A DNA stretch of 64,000 nucleotides from the human T2T-CHM13v2.0 reference genome, Homo sapiens, in the NCBI RefSeq assembly GCF_009914755.1, contig NC_060937.1; one strand, given 5' to 3'. Both the position numbers and the translations under genes were made by a program. Below, one piece after another: positions 22,775 through 36,974 of the stretch; the first letter of the stretch is position 1; each line of letters begins with the position of its first letter. Below the pieces are notes generated by a model. The model ran no database searches, was not told the DNA's origin, and saw only the letters and a program-made list of their open reading frames with translations.

Positions 22775-25700
22775 TAGGCATAATCATAGTCTGGTAATTT
22801 TAAAATCACTTTTTAATTCAGATAACTTTGTTGATGATGCAGCATCACTAACCAAATAAACTATGATACAACAAAAATTTTGTTAGGTAACTGCCATAGT
22901 CCAGCCAAATTTCTATTAGCATCCTATATAATCCATTTCTCTATTTTCTTTCATGAAACACATATTTGAAAATGAATAAATTTTTTTGTTGTATTAAAAG
23001 TTAAGTTTCTAAATTTGGCGTCTGTCATGTTTTAACAGCTCTTGCATTTCTATCAGGAAAATTACTCCCTTTAGAAACTTCCTCCTTCTGTCCTATGTGA
23101 GCACTACGATGCATTGCTGTATCTGAGTAGGCAGTTGTAAAGCCTTTGACAAAACAGCTATCATTTTTTCATCAGATATTTTAGTTCTCATGAAAAATTT
23201 CTGCACTTAAAAATTTGCTCTATTGCATGACAGATGCTAAGTATACATATGGGGAGAGAGAGAGAGAGAGAGCGCCTAAATCTCTGACCGCAAAGAAATC
23301 AATATATACCATCTGCTTCTTGATGTTTCTCTTTTACTACGTGTAAATAATTTTGAAATTTTTATACTCTAAACTAAATATCAGTTCCACTTATTGCTAT
23401 TATTTTATAGTTGCTTATTATAGTTACATGACAATTCTCAAATATTACAAAATGCCTTAGTTATATATTCACCAAGTTTGTTTGTTGGAAAAGAGAAAAT
23501 TTAAGCATTTAACACTAATAACTCAAAATGTAAAAATTGAGTGCCTGTTAAATGCAGGTTACTGTAACAGACAAAGGGTACATGGGAAAGTGACACAATA
23601 CTAAAAAACAAAACACAACCCTGGAGATTGTAATTAAACTGTTCGTTAATTTCCTGATTGATTCTCACAGATAAATAATTTTTCAAACTGTGAGTTCTCA
23701 TCTTCAAAACAAAGGTAGTGGTATCTGTTTATCTTGTCTGAGTTGTAATAAGATAGTAAAGCAGATAGAAGAGAAAGCCTAGGGCATGGAAATTAAACCT
23801 GTATACCATAGTGTGTGTAACTGACAGATACGTCAAGTGATGTTATTACTAGAAGTCTCCTCCTTATGAAAGTAATAAATTCCCTTTATTATAAATAACT
23901 CCGTCTCAGATATTGTTACAGTAGCATAAAACAGAATGAAACAGAATTTTACAACACATTTGTAATACATAAGTGTATTAAATAGTAACAATTCTCCCAT
24001 GCCATTTACCATTTTCTCTTTTATTATTAACATTTTTATCCCTTCTTATTAATGTCATTTTCCTTTTAGGCAAGAAATATGACAGAAATCTCAGTATTCT
24101 TTAAACTTAACACAGAGTTTTCTGAATCTGTAGGATTTATTCCAATTAGGTCAAACATATTTTTGGGGGATCTGAATCAATCTCTAATTTAGAGTTCATT
24201 TCTCATTAAATATTTTGTCATTTTCTTTATTAATCCTTATCTAATTACTATGCCTTGAGAGTTTCTACAGCATGTTTCCACCAAAGATAATAAAATAATA
24301 TTCTATATGGATACCATAAAAAGACACATATTTTTTAGCTGTTTAATTTTCAGCATAATTTAAAATATAGCCATGCAAGTATTAAATATAGATAATCAAA
24401 GAACATCTTTACATATGTAATTATATCATTCATATATTTTGATTGTGGACAATTGTAACAAATCTTTCAACATGCATAATTACATCATACAGTAGCTTAT
24501 TAAAGAAATATTAAAAGAGACTATACATTATATCATTAAATATGTTAAATTCAGAAAATCTCACATACTGGGAAAATTTACTATGAGCTGAAATAATGTA
24601 TGCCAGGTCTCAATTATTATCAGTTTTTAATGTAAGCCATAGAAGCATTTTATGGTGACTAACATTTGGTAAGATTTTCTGCTTTAGTGAGTTAACTTGA
24701 TACACATTTAAGATGAGAGTCTGCCAGAAACAAATAAATGTATTTATCATGACTGCCCACATGTGCATTGCACTTAAAGGAGTAATGGAAAGAAAAAAGA
24801 AAAAAAATACCACAGGTCATTTGTTTGTTTCATAATCTTAGATTCATAAAATAAATTCTTGAAAGTCTAAATATTAGCATTTTTCTTGAAAATAAGACAT
24901 AAATTAAGACATTTTAGTAACTGAGATGATACCTAAAGAAATTTTGTATATTGTATTATTAACATAAAAATATAAATCATGTAAGTCCCTTACCATTTCC
25001 TCGGCCTATTTATGACAATTCCCTAAATAGCAATAATAGAAATCAGACATTAGATATATAACTACTGAGCCATTTTTATCCTAGAACACAATCCCTGACT
25101 TACTCTTTACTTAACAAGACATAATAAAATATACTCTCAGGGTAATAAATGTATGTCAGTTCCTAGTGATATATACATGTGTTTAGAGAAACTTTTCTTT
25201 AATCAGTGTTTATATATGAAGTCCTATTAACAGTTTAAAAAAGTAAAAACATGACTTTCATATAAATACAAAATTAATGTGTCAAAGATTTTATTTAACT
25301 CATTAATTAAACAGGATGCCAACAATATATTAAAAATGGTTTAAATGAGAATTTGACATGGAGAGATGTATGTTTTCTAAAGTTTCATTCACATTGCTGT
25401 AGACAGAAATTATTTATAGTGCAATAATCAACAAACATTTGCATAGGTTTTATTTTCTGTTGCTTAATTTTTCCCTCTATAGAGCTATAAAATAATCTAG
25501 CTTACAGAAAGATATTAATTGTACACCATTATACAAATCAGATTATTGCAGAGAATCTACTAGACAACTTCAGCACTCTGCATGCAATATGTTGAATTAA
25601 AGAAGTAGCCTGAGTTTAGCGAGTCGGAAACTTTTATAATGCGACGTAAACTTGTCTGTCTCTTGTCCTAGAGGAAACACTATCTTTATTATACTGAAAA

Positions 25701-25796
25701 GCACAAGAAATCTGTATCTCCCTAGCAGAACCTAATTCAAAACCTGATCGTAAAACATTATGGTAAGGCAATCTATGGTCTTGTTTTCTTTTAGGA

Positions 25797-26323
25797 CAGA
25801 GTCCGCAACACACAGGCCACGGACTGCTACTCACAGGCCACACTATATGGCCTGTTAGAAACTGGGCCGCGCAGCAGGAGGTGAGCAGCAGGCAAGCCAG
25901 CAACCAAAGCCTCATCTATATTTAGAGCCGCTCCCCATCACTTGCATTACCACCTGAGATCACCTCCCATCAGATCAGCAGTGGCATTAGATTTTCACAG
26001 GAGCATGAACCCTGTTGTGAACTGTGGGTATCTAGGTTGTGCATGCCTCATGAAAATCTAATGCCTGATGACCTGTCACTGTCTCCCATCATCCCCAGAT
26101 GGGACCATCTAGTTGCAGAAAAACTAGTTCAGGCTTCCACTGATTCTACACTATGATGACCATATAACTCCTTCATTATATATTACAACGTAATAATAAT
26201 AGAAATAAAGTGCGTGATACATTTAATGTGCTTAAATCATCCTGACACCATCCCCCCTCCATCCAAGGAAAAATTGTCTTCCACAAAACCAATCCGTGGT
26301 GCCAAAAATGTTGAGGACCACTG
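25797..26323 (+). mobile_element. MER1A hAT-Charlie DNA transposon
   Basis: About 527 bp, CAG...CTG ends, diagnostic 'gcagcaggaggtgagc...gatgggaccatctagttgcag'; 8-bp TSD ttttagga/ttttaggg. Confidence 0.93.
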
Positions 26324-27725
26324 TTTTAGGGTACAGGGAGGGGCAGAATGGAGGAAGAATAAAGAGGGGGTTGACAGAGAGTAATCAGCATATATATGTT
26401 TTTCAGTTTATTATTTTTCTTTACAGTGATTGAAAACCTATGTGTTTAATTTATTTTCTCCGTAAGCTCTAGATCCCCAGGCAAAATTCATCAGCAGGTG
26501 ATAACATGAGATGGAAATAATGCCAAGGCTGTCACTCTACTAGATTATGCTCTTGTAGATAATTTTAGAAAAATGCAGGTAACAGAGTTCATTCAAGAGA
26601 TCTTCAAGTATTAAACTCTCCATATTTACCCTGACAATGCTCTTTTAAAGAACTGTCTCCCTAAGTATTGAACACCTAATCCTCAGGGGTGGGCACACTG
26701 AGAGGCTGTCTGAGATCACTATTAAGTATGCATTCTTAACCCATTTTCTAGTAAGATCAATTTTAGCTATATTTTCATATAAATTATTCTGTCCGAAAGC
26801 TGGTCTGGCCTTGCTGCCTTCATGACAAAAAGTGCAAAACAGCAAACCATGGTATAAATTATTTCTAGTAATAAAAAGTGGCAGATATAAAAATCTCTCT
26901 TACTGCTTTTATTATCCTGCTTCTAGAGTACTCTCTTCTTCTGTTTTTCCCAGCACAGTGGTTCCCTGCAACCCTTTCGTGTTCCAGGAAGACTTGGCAT
27001 ATACTCCAGGGTTAGATGGCAATCTTTTCCTTTTTACAGAGCTCATACAAAATAATGAGTTGGAAGCGAAATGGCAAAAAAAAGCTTGGACCGTTGTGCT
27101 TCTCTCCCAGGCCTCTTCTATTGTACTTGAATTCTGGAATCCGGGGCACCTTTTATTACATTTTCCACAAAATAAATGATCAGTATCCCATCTGGCAGAG
27201 GCAAAGGGCAATCAATGGCTTTTAACAACCCACCTGTTTTTAGCTACATGCATCATTCCAAATTTATCTAAATTCTGAGACTCTCAAGGGCTATATGAAG
27301 TAATTATTTCTATTCTCATTACTATCCTGTTCTGCATGAAAATCAACTCTCCCTTTTCAATTTTCTGCATCTAAAATATCTCTTTGAAACCTTCTTCTGG
27401 TGAAATTTCTCCCACCATTGACTTTGTTTTTATTATTACTTAATTTCAGTTGGGTTAGAAAATAAGAAAATAAGTTAACATAGACAATACATCATGCTTA
27501 AATAGAAATGCCCCCATCCAAGTCTTAATTCTTTGTCACCAGATCAGAAGTCTTGAGATTCTAATGCACACCAGATGCAATGCACATCTTCTACAAATTA
27601 AACAACCCATTACAAAGTTTGTTCTGTTAATATAATTACAAAGCTCATATTTTAAATTCTATAATATCTTTATTTTAACATAAAATAATCACACTAATTC
27701 TTCTACTAACAGGTGCAAGTATCCC

Positions 27726-28059
<334 letters not shown>

Positions 28060-29514
28060 TTACTTCTTATATATACTGTGCAAAGCAAGGCAAATTAGGA
28101 GAGTGTTTTTGATTTAAATATTTTGGATACTAATTATATAATATATTCTCAATAATAATATTGCCTGAATATACACACACACACAATTTCATTTATACAT
28201 ACACAAACACAAAAATTTTTACTTTCATATTACATGGAGCAAATATTTTCTGTTAGATTTTTTTCCTTATGAATTTGTTGTCATGAAAAGAATAGAGCAA
28301 AACAGGCTTTTAGAAAATAAGAATGCTCTTCAATGTCAAACCAAAGGTCAAGAGAATTTTTCTGTGAGAACATTAGATAAGATTTTCAAATTCTTTACTT
28401 GGTAATTTAGAGTTTCTCTGAAAAGATTTGACTTTTGAAGTACAGTTTTAATCATAGTTTTAGAAATAAGAGTATTATATCATAAAAGCCCTTCAGTTCA
28501 GATAATAGGAAGTTCATCCTTTTCATTCTTTTTAAAAATGTCATTGCAAATTTAATATATTTTACATGCTATCAGTATCAAAATAGCATCTCAATATAAC
28601 TTCCCAGTTCTAAAGATTCTTTCAATAATTCTGTAGTACATTACTTCAGAAGTATCTTGTCTTCAAGAAATGTTTTTTAGTTAGTTCTCTTTTCCAAAAG
28701 ATCCACCACACCCATGAATATTAGTCAATGATATGTTAGTGGTCACAAAAAATCAATGGGACTCTTTATTGGCCTAATTAATAAGGTATACTATGGTATT
28801 TATAAGGAGTAAAATTACATAAAATTTTGTTATCGCAATGTAGTAAAATGAGCAAATTATAAGTACATACAGGTAACTTTAACATTTAATCATTTACTTT
28901 CCTATACAGTGTTTCCAACATGGCATAATGTTAAATTGTTAGAAAAGTACTAAAAGTCATTCATCAAATCTTCAACAAAATAATTCCTTAGAAGTTAGTA
29001 AGATGGTGATAGACTATTTAGCTTCTTTATATGATAAGATTACCATAGGATTTACTGTCATTTTAGTTTACTCATTCAATTAGGGGCAACTTCTTTAAAG
29101 CAGCAATCAGGAAATAGCTATATATGACTATAGATCCACTAAGGTATATCCAGGAAATAAATACGTTAATTTTAAATTAAAAGTTAAATCACCATTCTTA
29201 TAATACATGGTAATAATATTTAAGCCTTCTAGGCAGTACTTCTAAAACATTTATGAAACATTAAGTCTTTATTGTTGGATTGTGGGGAATCCTTGAAGAG
29301 ACCACAGAAAAACAAATCAGCAAGCATTGTTCAACATTTACTACTAAGGTCCAGTCAGTAACACAGAAACATTAGATGTTTAAAAAGCGAGTATGTGGTA
29401 TAAATAACAGGTTATACGGAAGATGGAAAAAGCAAAAAGAAAGGAAATAAGAGCGACCAAGAAATTACTGCAAGAAGCAATTATTATCCCTTGGGTTGAT
29501 GGAATAGATTCAGA

Positions 29515-31269
29515 GGCCACACCCCCTCGCTGGCCCTGCTGCCTTCTGGCACAGGCTTCTCTGAGCCACCAACCCGCAGCTGCCCCGGCCACCAGCACCC
29601 CTGAGCAGCACCATGATAGATCAGGCCTTTGTGACATTGACCACAAACTATGCCTACACCAAAGGGGTGCCCCGGTCCGGGGCTCACCTCTAAAACAGCA
29701 CAGGACCACCAGAAGCCTGGTCGTATTCACCACCCCGCAAGTCTCAAACTCCATGAGAAAAGTTTCAGCGACAGTCTTTGATGAAGTCATCATGGTAAAT
29801 GTCTTGGACAGCAGCGATTCTGCTCATCTAACCGTAATGAAGGGGCCAGAGTTGGATGCCACGCTGGCAAAGCTCCACGCCTAGCCACTTACACAGTATT
29901 CAAAATGTGTATTCATGGATCACATTCATGATCAGATACTCTGATCCTAGCAAATATTGATGATCTTTTTGAGCGAGAAGAATTGTCAGCAGCACCAGAC
30001 TAAGGGTGGCCTAACTGCTCCAATTCCGGAATCTTTGTTTATCAGCCTTCAGTTGAAACATATAATCAGCTGTTGCATCTTACTTCTGTGCAAGGTAGTT
30101 TTGACAGTGGAGACCAAGTCTTACTGAACACATTTTTTAAGCATCTGGGCAACAACAGATAATCAGAAAACACCTGCTGTTCATTTATAACCTAAGCAAC
30201 ATCACTATATACTCCTACCTCCCAGAATTTAAAGTGTTTGGTGCAAATGCCAAAGTTGTGCATTTCCTGGAAGGAGCCAAATCATGGAATTATAGTTATG
30301 ATCCCAAAACAAAAAATGTCAAAAGCGAGTCCCATGATCCCAAAGTGACTTATCCAGCGTTTCTCATCCTGTGGTGGAGCATCTTTACCACCAATGTTTT
30401 ACCTCTGCGTCAACAATTTGACCTTGTCAAAGACACCTGCTCATATGTAAATGTGGAAGATATCTCAGGAGGCATATCACATCTGTCCCTTGGGGAGATT
30501 CCAGCTATGGCACAGCCTTTTGTATCCTTGGAAGAACAGAAGAAGTGGTGGGAATAGGGCCAGGTTGATTATATGGGACCAGATTCCTTTGACATCAAGA
30601 GGACACGTGACACTTACCTCCAGTAGAAACACTGCCATTTCCTGTGGACATGTGTTCCTAATACTTAGTACCTAGAGCTCGGTTGAGAAAAGTCTGTTAT
30701 GACTTTAAGAGGCTTTCACTAAAACTCATCAGAGGAGAGGTTTTCACAGGACAACAGGTGAGAACTGGGCAAAAGTTGTGAAGCAGCAATTCTGTTACAT
30801 GGACAACGTTCCGCTTTTTAATCCTCTTTAGCGCATTTTAGAAATTCTCACTTTTACTGATTGTCAACATACACAATAAGGGAAACTCAATATTAAGCAG
30901 TTAAGGTGGCTATATCAGTTTTTAAAATCTGCAGACCCTGGTTCCAAATCAGTCACTACCTTCAGAAGAGGACATGGCATCTGTCCCTTCCTTGCTTGCT
31001 GGTTGTGTGTACCTTTCACTAGACCTGCATTTTAGAATTGCCCTGTGCCGCCAGAGTGAGTTGATTGTAATTCTGCTTTCAGGTAAAGAGAGCCTGTATT
31101 AACACTGCTGAGTGATCCATAAATGTATCAACAAATAGCATTAACCCACTTTATTTCCTGATCTTAGTGCCTGAAGATGTTCATCAGTTTTCTATATGCA
31201 ATAAGGCAGCATGCTAAAATGCTGCAGTGGAACCCTGTATGAAAAACAAAGGCTTATTGCCATAAAAAG
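29515..31269 (+). pseudogene. GYG1P: Processed pseudogene of glycogenin-1 (GT8 glucosyltransferase); former CDS 29613-30626 plus 5' and 3' UTR
   Basis: Translates across frames to [12 protein letters not shown]..., [85 protein letters not shown]-stop, matching GYG1. No introns; 2-bp insertion near 29664; stops at 29882, 30001 and 30555; candidate TSD agattcaga at 29506-29514 and 31270-31278. Which numbered GYG1P copy it is cannot be determined here. Confidence 0.96.
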
Positions 31270-32049
31270 AGATTCAGAAATGGGTATTGAAAAGATCTGG
31301 AACATCTTAAGAAGAAAAACATGCAGAAAGAATTTAGGTTTTGAGAAGTAGGTGTGGCCCATCCACTGTGTGCACCTCAGAAAGTATATGAAGGCTGGTT
31401 TTAGGAGTAATGGAAGTAGCTGGAGGCGGGAACCACTGCTAGTGTGAAGTTCTGATGCTGAAGAGATGCTGACAGGATCTCTTCAATTTTGTACTTTGGC
31501 AAGTAATTTAATGTGTTTTTTAATTTAAACCAACATGTCAACATAACTTAGCAGAGGGAACAAATCTCCCTAAAATATTCAAATTAATATATGAACCCAA
31601 ATACGTACTAAAAGATGTTGCCCCAATATCCTCAGTCATTTGAATTTATTGTTTGATCTAAACTTTTAAATAAATGATATTCTTGAAAATATTTTATTTA
31701 TAGTGTGAAATAAATAGCTATTTCCAATTTTGAGGATGAAACATGTGGCTGAATGATTTAAGATAAATATATTTGTATCTCTAAAATAATATTAATATCT
31801 TGCGATTTTCATAAAATGAGATTTATTCTTCTCAGTTGTAGTTTATCTGCCCCAAACTTCCAAATCACCTGAAGGCTTTAAAAATATTTGAAACTATTAA
31901 CTCATTATTATTTTTTTGAAATGCTCTTTATCATATTGATGACACTGTTCAGTACTGGTTCTCTTTTTGTCACTCTGGCACATTTGTTAGTCATTCTTTC
32001 CATCTCCTCTCATTCAATTAATTTTCTTAGCATCACAATGGTCAAGAAA

Positions 32050-32245
32050 AGCATAGGCTTTGGACTTCAATGTCCAAGTTGGAATTCATGCACGATCTCT
32101 TAGCCTGTCTCAACTCAGTTTCCTATTCATTAAAAAAATAATAATAACACTCACTTCATGTGATTATTGTAAGAGTACACAAGACCAAAATTGTAAAGCA
32201 ATTAGAAACTGACTGGAACGTAGTAAATAACAATGCCAATACATG
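32050..32245 (+). mobile_element. MIR fragment
   Basis: 'ctcagtttcctattcattaaaaaaataataataac...gattattgtaagagt' MIR core-like. Confidence 0.6.
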
Positions 32246-32249
32246 TTTG

Positions 32250-33918
32250 CTATCACTCTCAGCCTTTAAATGTTGGCGTATTACAGGACCATTCATAGAC
32301 TTGTTTTTCTTCCATTTGTATGTACTACCAGAAATCCACCTCTAAGCACCTATGATTTCAATTGCTCTCTGTGTATTGAAAATTCCTCACATCTATATTT
32401 CCAATTTTATCTTGTCTTATGACTTCCAAAGTATTCCATTTCTTGCTCAAAATCTCTACGTAAAACCAAGGATGTACATCACCAACTCACAATTTTTCCT
32501 TTAAATATACTCCTCTTCTGCTTTCTTTACATGGTATATCATTCACCAAGTTGGTTAAGCCAGACATATGTTGGCCATTTAGATTATTTTTTCTCCCTAA
32601 CTCCTTATGGCTACTTAATCACACACCCTTCCCATTTTAAGTGCTAAAATTATGTTCTGTTTTATTTCTTGGTGCTCTGATTTTGTCCTAACTTATACAA
32701 GTTTTTCAAATAAGCAGCTGCAATACTCTGCATATTTAGACTTGCTCCCTTCTAACTAATCACACAAAGAGATCTTTGTAACATATTAATCTGCTGAAGT
32801 CATTTTCCTACATGAAACCCATCAACATCTTGCCAGACTCCTTCAAATAAAATTATGTTTCCATATATCTTGTAAATCACTGAATTTCCTCCCTCTTTCA
32901 CACCATGCTTTAGTAATTACAAACATTTTAAAGTACTCAAGTGGACTATGGAAAATTGCATTTTCCAAAGAAGACAGTTACATATATGACTGGCTTTCCT
33001 GTGGCTGAGATGGACAGTTTCTGTTACATCTATCTGCATGTGAATGGGAGCCTGCACTTTCTCTAACCAGTAGAGCGCGGTAGAAATGATCCTAGATTTC
33101 TTCTAAGACTTAGTCATAAAAATAGAAGAGTTTCCACATCTCGCTCTCTGTCTCTCTATGTCTCTCCCTCTCTCTCTCTCCTGTCAGTCTTTCTGTCTCT
33201 CCCTCTCCCCATCACTATTTCCTCTATGTCTCTTTCTCCTCATCTCTAGCTCTAGCTCTAGCTCTATCAGAATGTTCACCTGTAGAAGGTAGAACCATGT
33301 TGTGAGGAAGCCCAAAAGAGTCCATGTAAAAAGAAAATAGAGTTTCCCACATAGAAAGGAACTGCAGTACAAAGTCACCAGCCAGCATCAACTGCCACAC
33401 ATGTAAGTCAAATATTTTTCTGACCCACACAATCTGAGTGTAGCAAATGGCGATTTATGCCATTAAATTTTGCTGTAATTTGTATGCAGGCATAATAACT
33501 GGAATAGGTGTCATTTCCTGTAGGAATTGGATCCCTGGAACATACTCCCCAGGAACATACTCCAATTTTTTAACCTCTCATATCATATCATTTTCTAACG
33601 TCATCAGTACCAGTATTTTTTATCAACATCTATTCATCTTCTTAATTTCAGTTTAAATAGTATCTGTTCCATACTTTTTCATCCCATAGATGAAAATAGT
33701 GTTTTTTTACTATTGCTTATTCCAATATACTCTGTTCTTCCTCTGTCAAAGTATGCTTCAAATTTAATATGATTCATTGTCTAACTTCATTAGAATTTAA
33801 GCTCAGCAATGGTAGAATATTCATCTGTCTTGCCATCATTATCCCTTCCTGTGCACAGTAGATATGCCAACTTGTGATAGGTGCTGAATCAGTATTTTCT
33901 GTATGAATACATGAATAA
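32250..33918 (+). mobile_element. L2 3' region, interrupted by an MLT1 LTR
   Basis: 'cacatctatatttcca' L2 body motifs and 3' tail 'taggtgctgaatcagtattttctgtatgaatacatgaat'. Confidence 0.6.
32942..33506 (+). mobile_element. MLT1 (F/G/H-type) LTR with internal CT-rich tract
   Basis: 'accatgttgtgaggaagccca', 'cagccagcatcaactgcca', end 'ataactggaata'. Confidence 0.7.
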
Positions 33919-35265
33919 TACATAGCAAAACTAATAATTATTATTATTAAACTTAAATAGCTTAATCAAATTGATAATTTCCACCAAGTCAATAGATTTG
34001 TAAATCTGGCAGACAATAAAAAAACTTTTGAAATATAAAATACTTGTAATTCCTGTAGTTTAATCTTTCAATTGAAGATGGATTCTTAGATTTTGCTAAA
34101 TTGAAAGAATATGTAGAGCTAAAATTGTGGACATAGAGAATATGTTCAATCATTTTGTATAAGAATTTGCCTGCAACAAGGTCTATGGTTTTAAAGAAAG
34201 TAAACAAGTAAATGCTAGAGAGGGTAGAGATATTAGAGAAGTATTGTAGGTATTAATGGCATTATTTTTAGCAATGGTTTTGTATAATTTGCAACATGCT
34301 TCCTGCCTTTATTTTTCTACAAATAAAGTTTCCAGTCCCCTTGGTCATTTGAACTAGATTTCTGTTTCCTGGCATTATTTGTATTATTGATTGATGTGAT
34401 GCAATGATATTTGAGAAGAATTGCATAATATATGTAGATGGATATCAGAGTCACCTCCAAGATGCTTTGATAAACTTGGTTTAATATCTCTAATATATCT
34501 CAAGGTATTTTTGCATGTTGTTGGTAGGCTTATAAAATTATTACACAGGCTGATTTAAGCCATAAAACCAAGGAAAAAATGTATTTTTCACCATTTATGC
34601 TGTTTTCTAGATAAAATAATGCATGTTAAATATAATTGGTTATAAATCTACATGAAAGACAGGTAATATTAAAGTTACAGTCAATAATTAGAAAAATTAT
34701 TTAGACTAGAAATAAACAAAACCTAGATATTATGTTTATGCCTACCTCTAAATACCTATATGTGCAGAGACTTGTTGAATAAATTATCTGGTCCTTAGAT
34801 TGTATTAAGGAAGATGCACTAACACATATTTCAGGTTACTGTGACATAAAATGTAATTGAGATATTTATCTTTCCAAAAATTTTTTGGAGGACTGGTCTT
34901 AGGCAAATTTCTGACTTTCATCTATGCTGCCTTTTTACCCAGTTTTAATAGTTTAACTGCTCAGTTGTCAGTCATCTTTACTTATCTAGGAGCATTTGAT
35001 TTGAACATTATATGTAATTATGGAATTCAAAGCATCAGCAAAACATTGGGAAACTTTGACATAAAGAGGAGAGGTAATTATCTCTTCCACCACTAGAATT
35101 ACATATGTTCTAATTACCCTAACACAATGTCAGGGTGTCACCTGAACTAAAACTTAAATTCTCAACAATCAATCAAATAAACAAAAGCTGGATATTGTAG
35201 GTATGGATATAAATTTGGATGAAGATGGAGATGGAGATAGAGAGAGATATGAACTAGACCATGTA

Positions 35266-36247
35266 TGTGATGCAGGATTTTTCTTTACCCCTTCACTGGA
35301 CTCATGGCAGGGGTGTCCCCCCGACTTGGCCTGCCATGCTCAACTCCTTGTGGGGGGGAACACATGAGTGAGAGAGTGTGGTATCGAGCTGGCTGCTCTG
35401 GGCATCAACACAGGAGCAGACTCCACGTGGGGCCTTTGGGCAGACCAGATGTGTCACCTCCTGGGGAATGCAGCAGTGCCCAGGTGAGGGTGCCTGTGAC
35501 CCCAAAGCCCCAGAGTGGGTGTTACAGTGCTCTTTTAGTTTCACCATCCATGGATGGTGGTGTGTTAGCAGCTCAGTTGGCCCCTTGCCTTGTAGCATGG
35601 GGTGGCTGCCCCCCACCAGTGAGGGCAAAGGGTTGGTGTGACAGACTTTCTGGGCACCTACAATCAGTGAGTCCCAAGCACTTGTCCGGCATTCAAAAAT
35701 GAGGTCACATGGACAGCTGAAGACTGGTGAAGGCAGGGAATTTTATTGAGCAATGAAAACAGCTCTCAGCAGAGTGGGAAGCTGGAGAGGGGAGCTAGAG
35801 AGAGGACTGGAAGAGCAGTTTCTCTTTGCTGAAGTCAGGTTGTCTCTTCCCTGAAGTCAGGCTGTCTCTCTTCCCTGAAGTCAGGCCATCTCCTTCCCAA
35901 AGTCAGGACATCCCCTCTTCTACTGACTGAGTCTGGGGTCTTTATAGGCACAGGAAGGGGAGTGCATGCTGATTGGTTTGTGAGTATGCCAAAAAGGTTA
36001 AAGTGAAGACACCACTCAAAGGTGGGCGTGAAAGGGTAGAAAACCAAATAGTAAAGGGTAGGTATCTGTAAAATAGGTGAAGGGTGAGGAAGGCATGCCA
36101 AATAGGAAGACAAGTTCTCAGCCAAGTCTAAGAATTTAACTTGTAGCTTGGTTTGCAGGCTTTACACGGTCTTTGCCTTAGAGGTGGGATTTCACTGGGT
36201 ACCCGCTGCTATCTTCCTAGGCATTTGTCTGCCTCCTGTTACTGTCA
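35266..36247 (-). mobile_element. ERV1 solo LTR (LTR27/LTR28-like)
   Basis: Reverse start TGACAGTAACAGGAGGCAGACAAATGCCTAGG; GC-rich; internal 'ccctgaagtcagg' repeats; TSD tgta on both sides. Explains ORFs at 35302-36125. Confidence 0.8.
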
Positions 36248-36974
36248 TGTACATATGCAATTTTCCCTAAATTCTACTGCAAATAATCACTATAACATAA
36301 ATTTAACATTTCTAAAGATAAATTTATTTTTTATTCTTTACAAGTCTTTTTCACCTCAAATCAATTTCTCAATCAATGGCATCACAGCATCATGAGAATC
36401 CTCTTGCCCAAGTACAAAATACGGAAATAACCTAATTTTACCTTTCTTACTTTTTCTTCGTTATCCATCAGTCAGAAAATACAGATAGCTGTAGGTGAGA
36501 ATTATATGTCAAACCTGGCTATTTCATGCTATTCAAAAAGACACTATTATAGTTCCAATTCACTTAATTTTGTTTTCCATACTATTATAAAATGTTCTTA
36601 CTGGAATCCTTGCATGCAGTCAGACCATCAATCTTCAGGCTTCCCTTGTTTTCTCTAGGAGGACTGATTACATTTCAAGATAACTCTTTGACCCATGGGA
36701 AATCACATATCATTACTAAGCTCTTTGTGTGCTGGGCTACCAAAGGTCCTCTCAGCCAAAATCCCCAAATCTAGCTTTCAGAATTCCTATGGTAGAAAGC
36801 AAGCATTCACACTCCATGTTTACCACTCCGAAATTCTTAGAGACAGTGCTTTGGACGTGCCCTCACATAAAATGCAAGTTTTTTTCTCTCTTGCAGTGAT
36901 AGCAAACCTCTTCTTAATCACAGACCTGGTTTAAAGTTAATCAAATTGTACTGTATTAGAGACTTTTGTTAAAT

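Noticed and set aside
23015-23240. Possible MITE with 15-bp terminal inverted repeats (ttggcgtctgtcatg / catgacagatgctaa)
   Set aside because: A 13/15 match at this spacing is expected by chance in 64 kb; no TSD and no extension of the pairing.
29380-29793. Antisense 137-aa ORF
   Set aside because: Shadow ORF of the GC-rich pseudogene 5' end with no independent support.
29613-30626. Functional glycogenin retrogene
   Set aside because: Frameshifts, at least three premature stops and a disrupted DXD motif.
35302-36125. GC-rich ORF cluster or CpG-island promoter
   Set aside because: Lies entirely within a TSD-flanked ERV1 LTR and is CpG-depleted.
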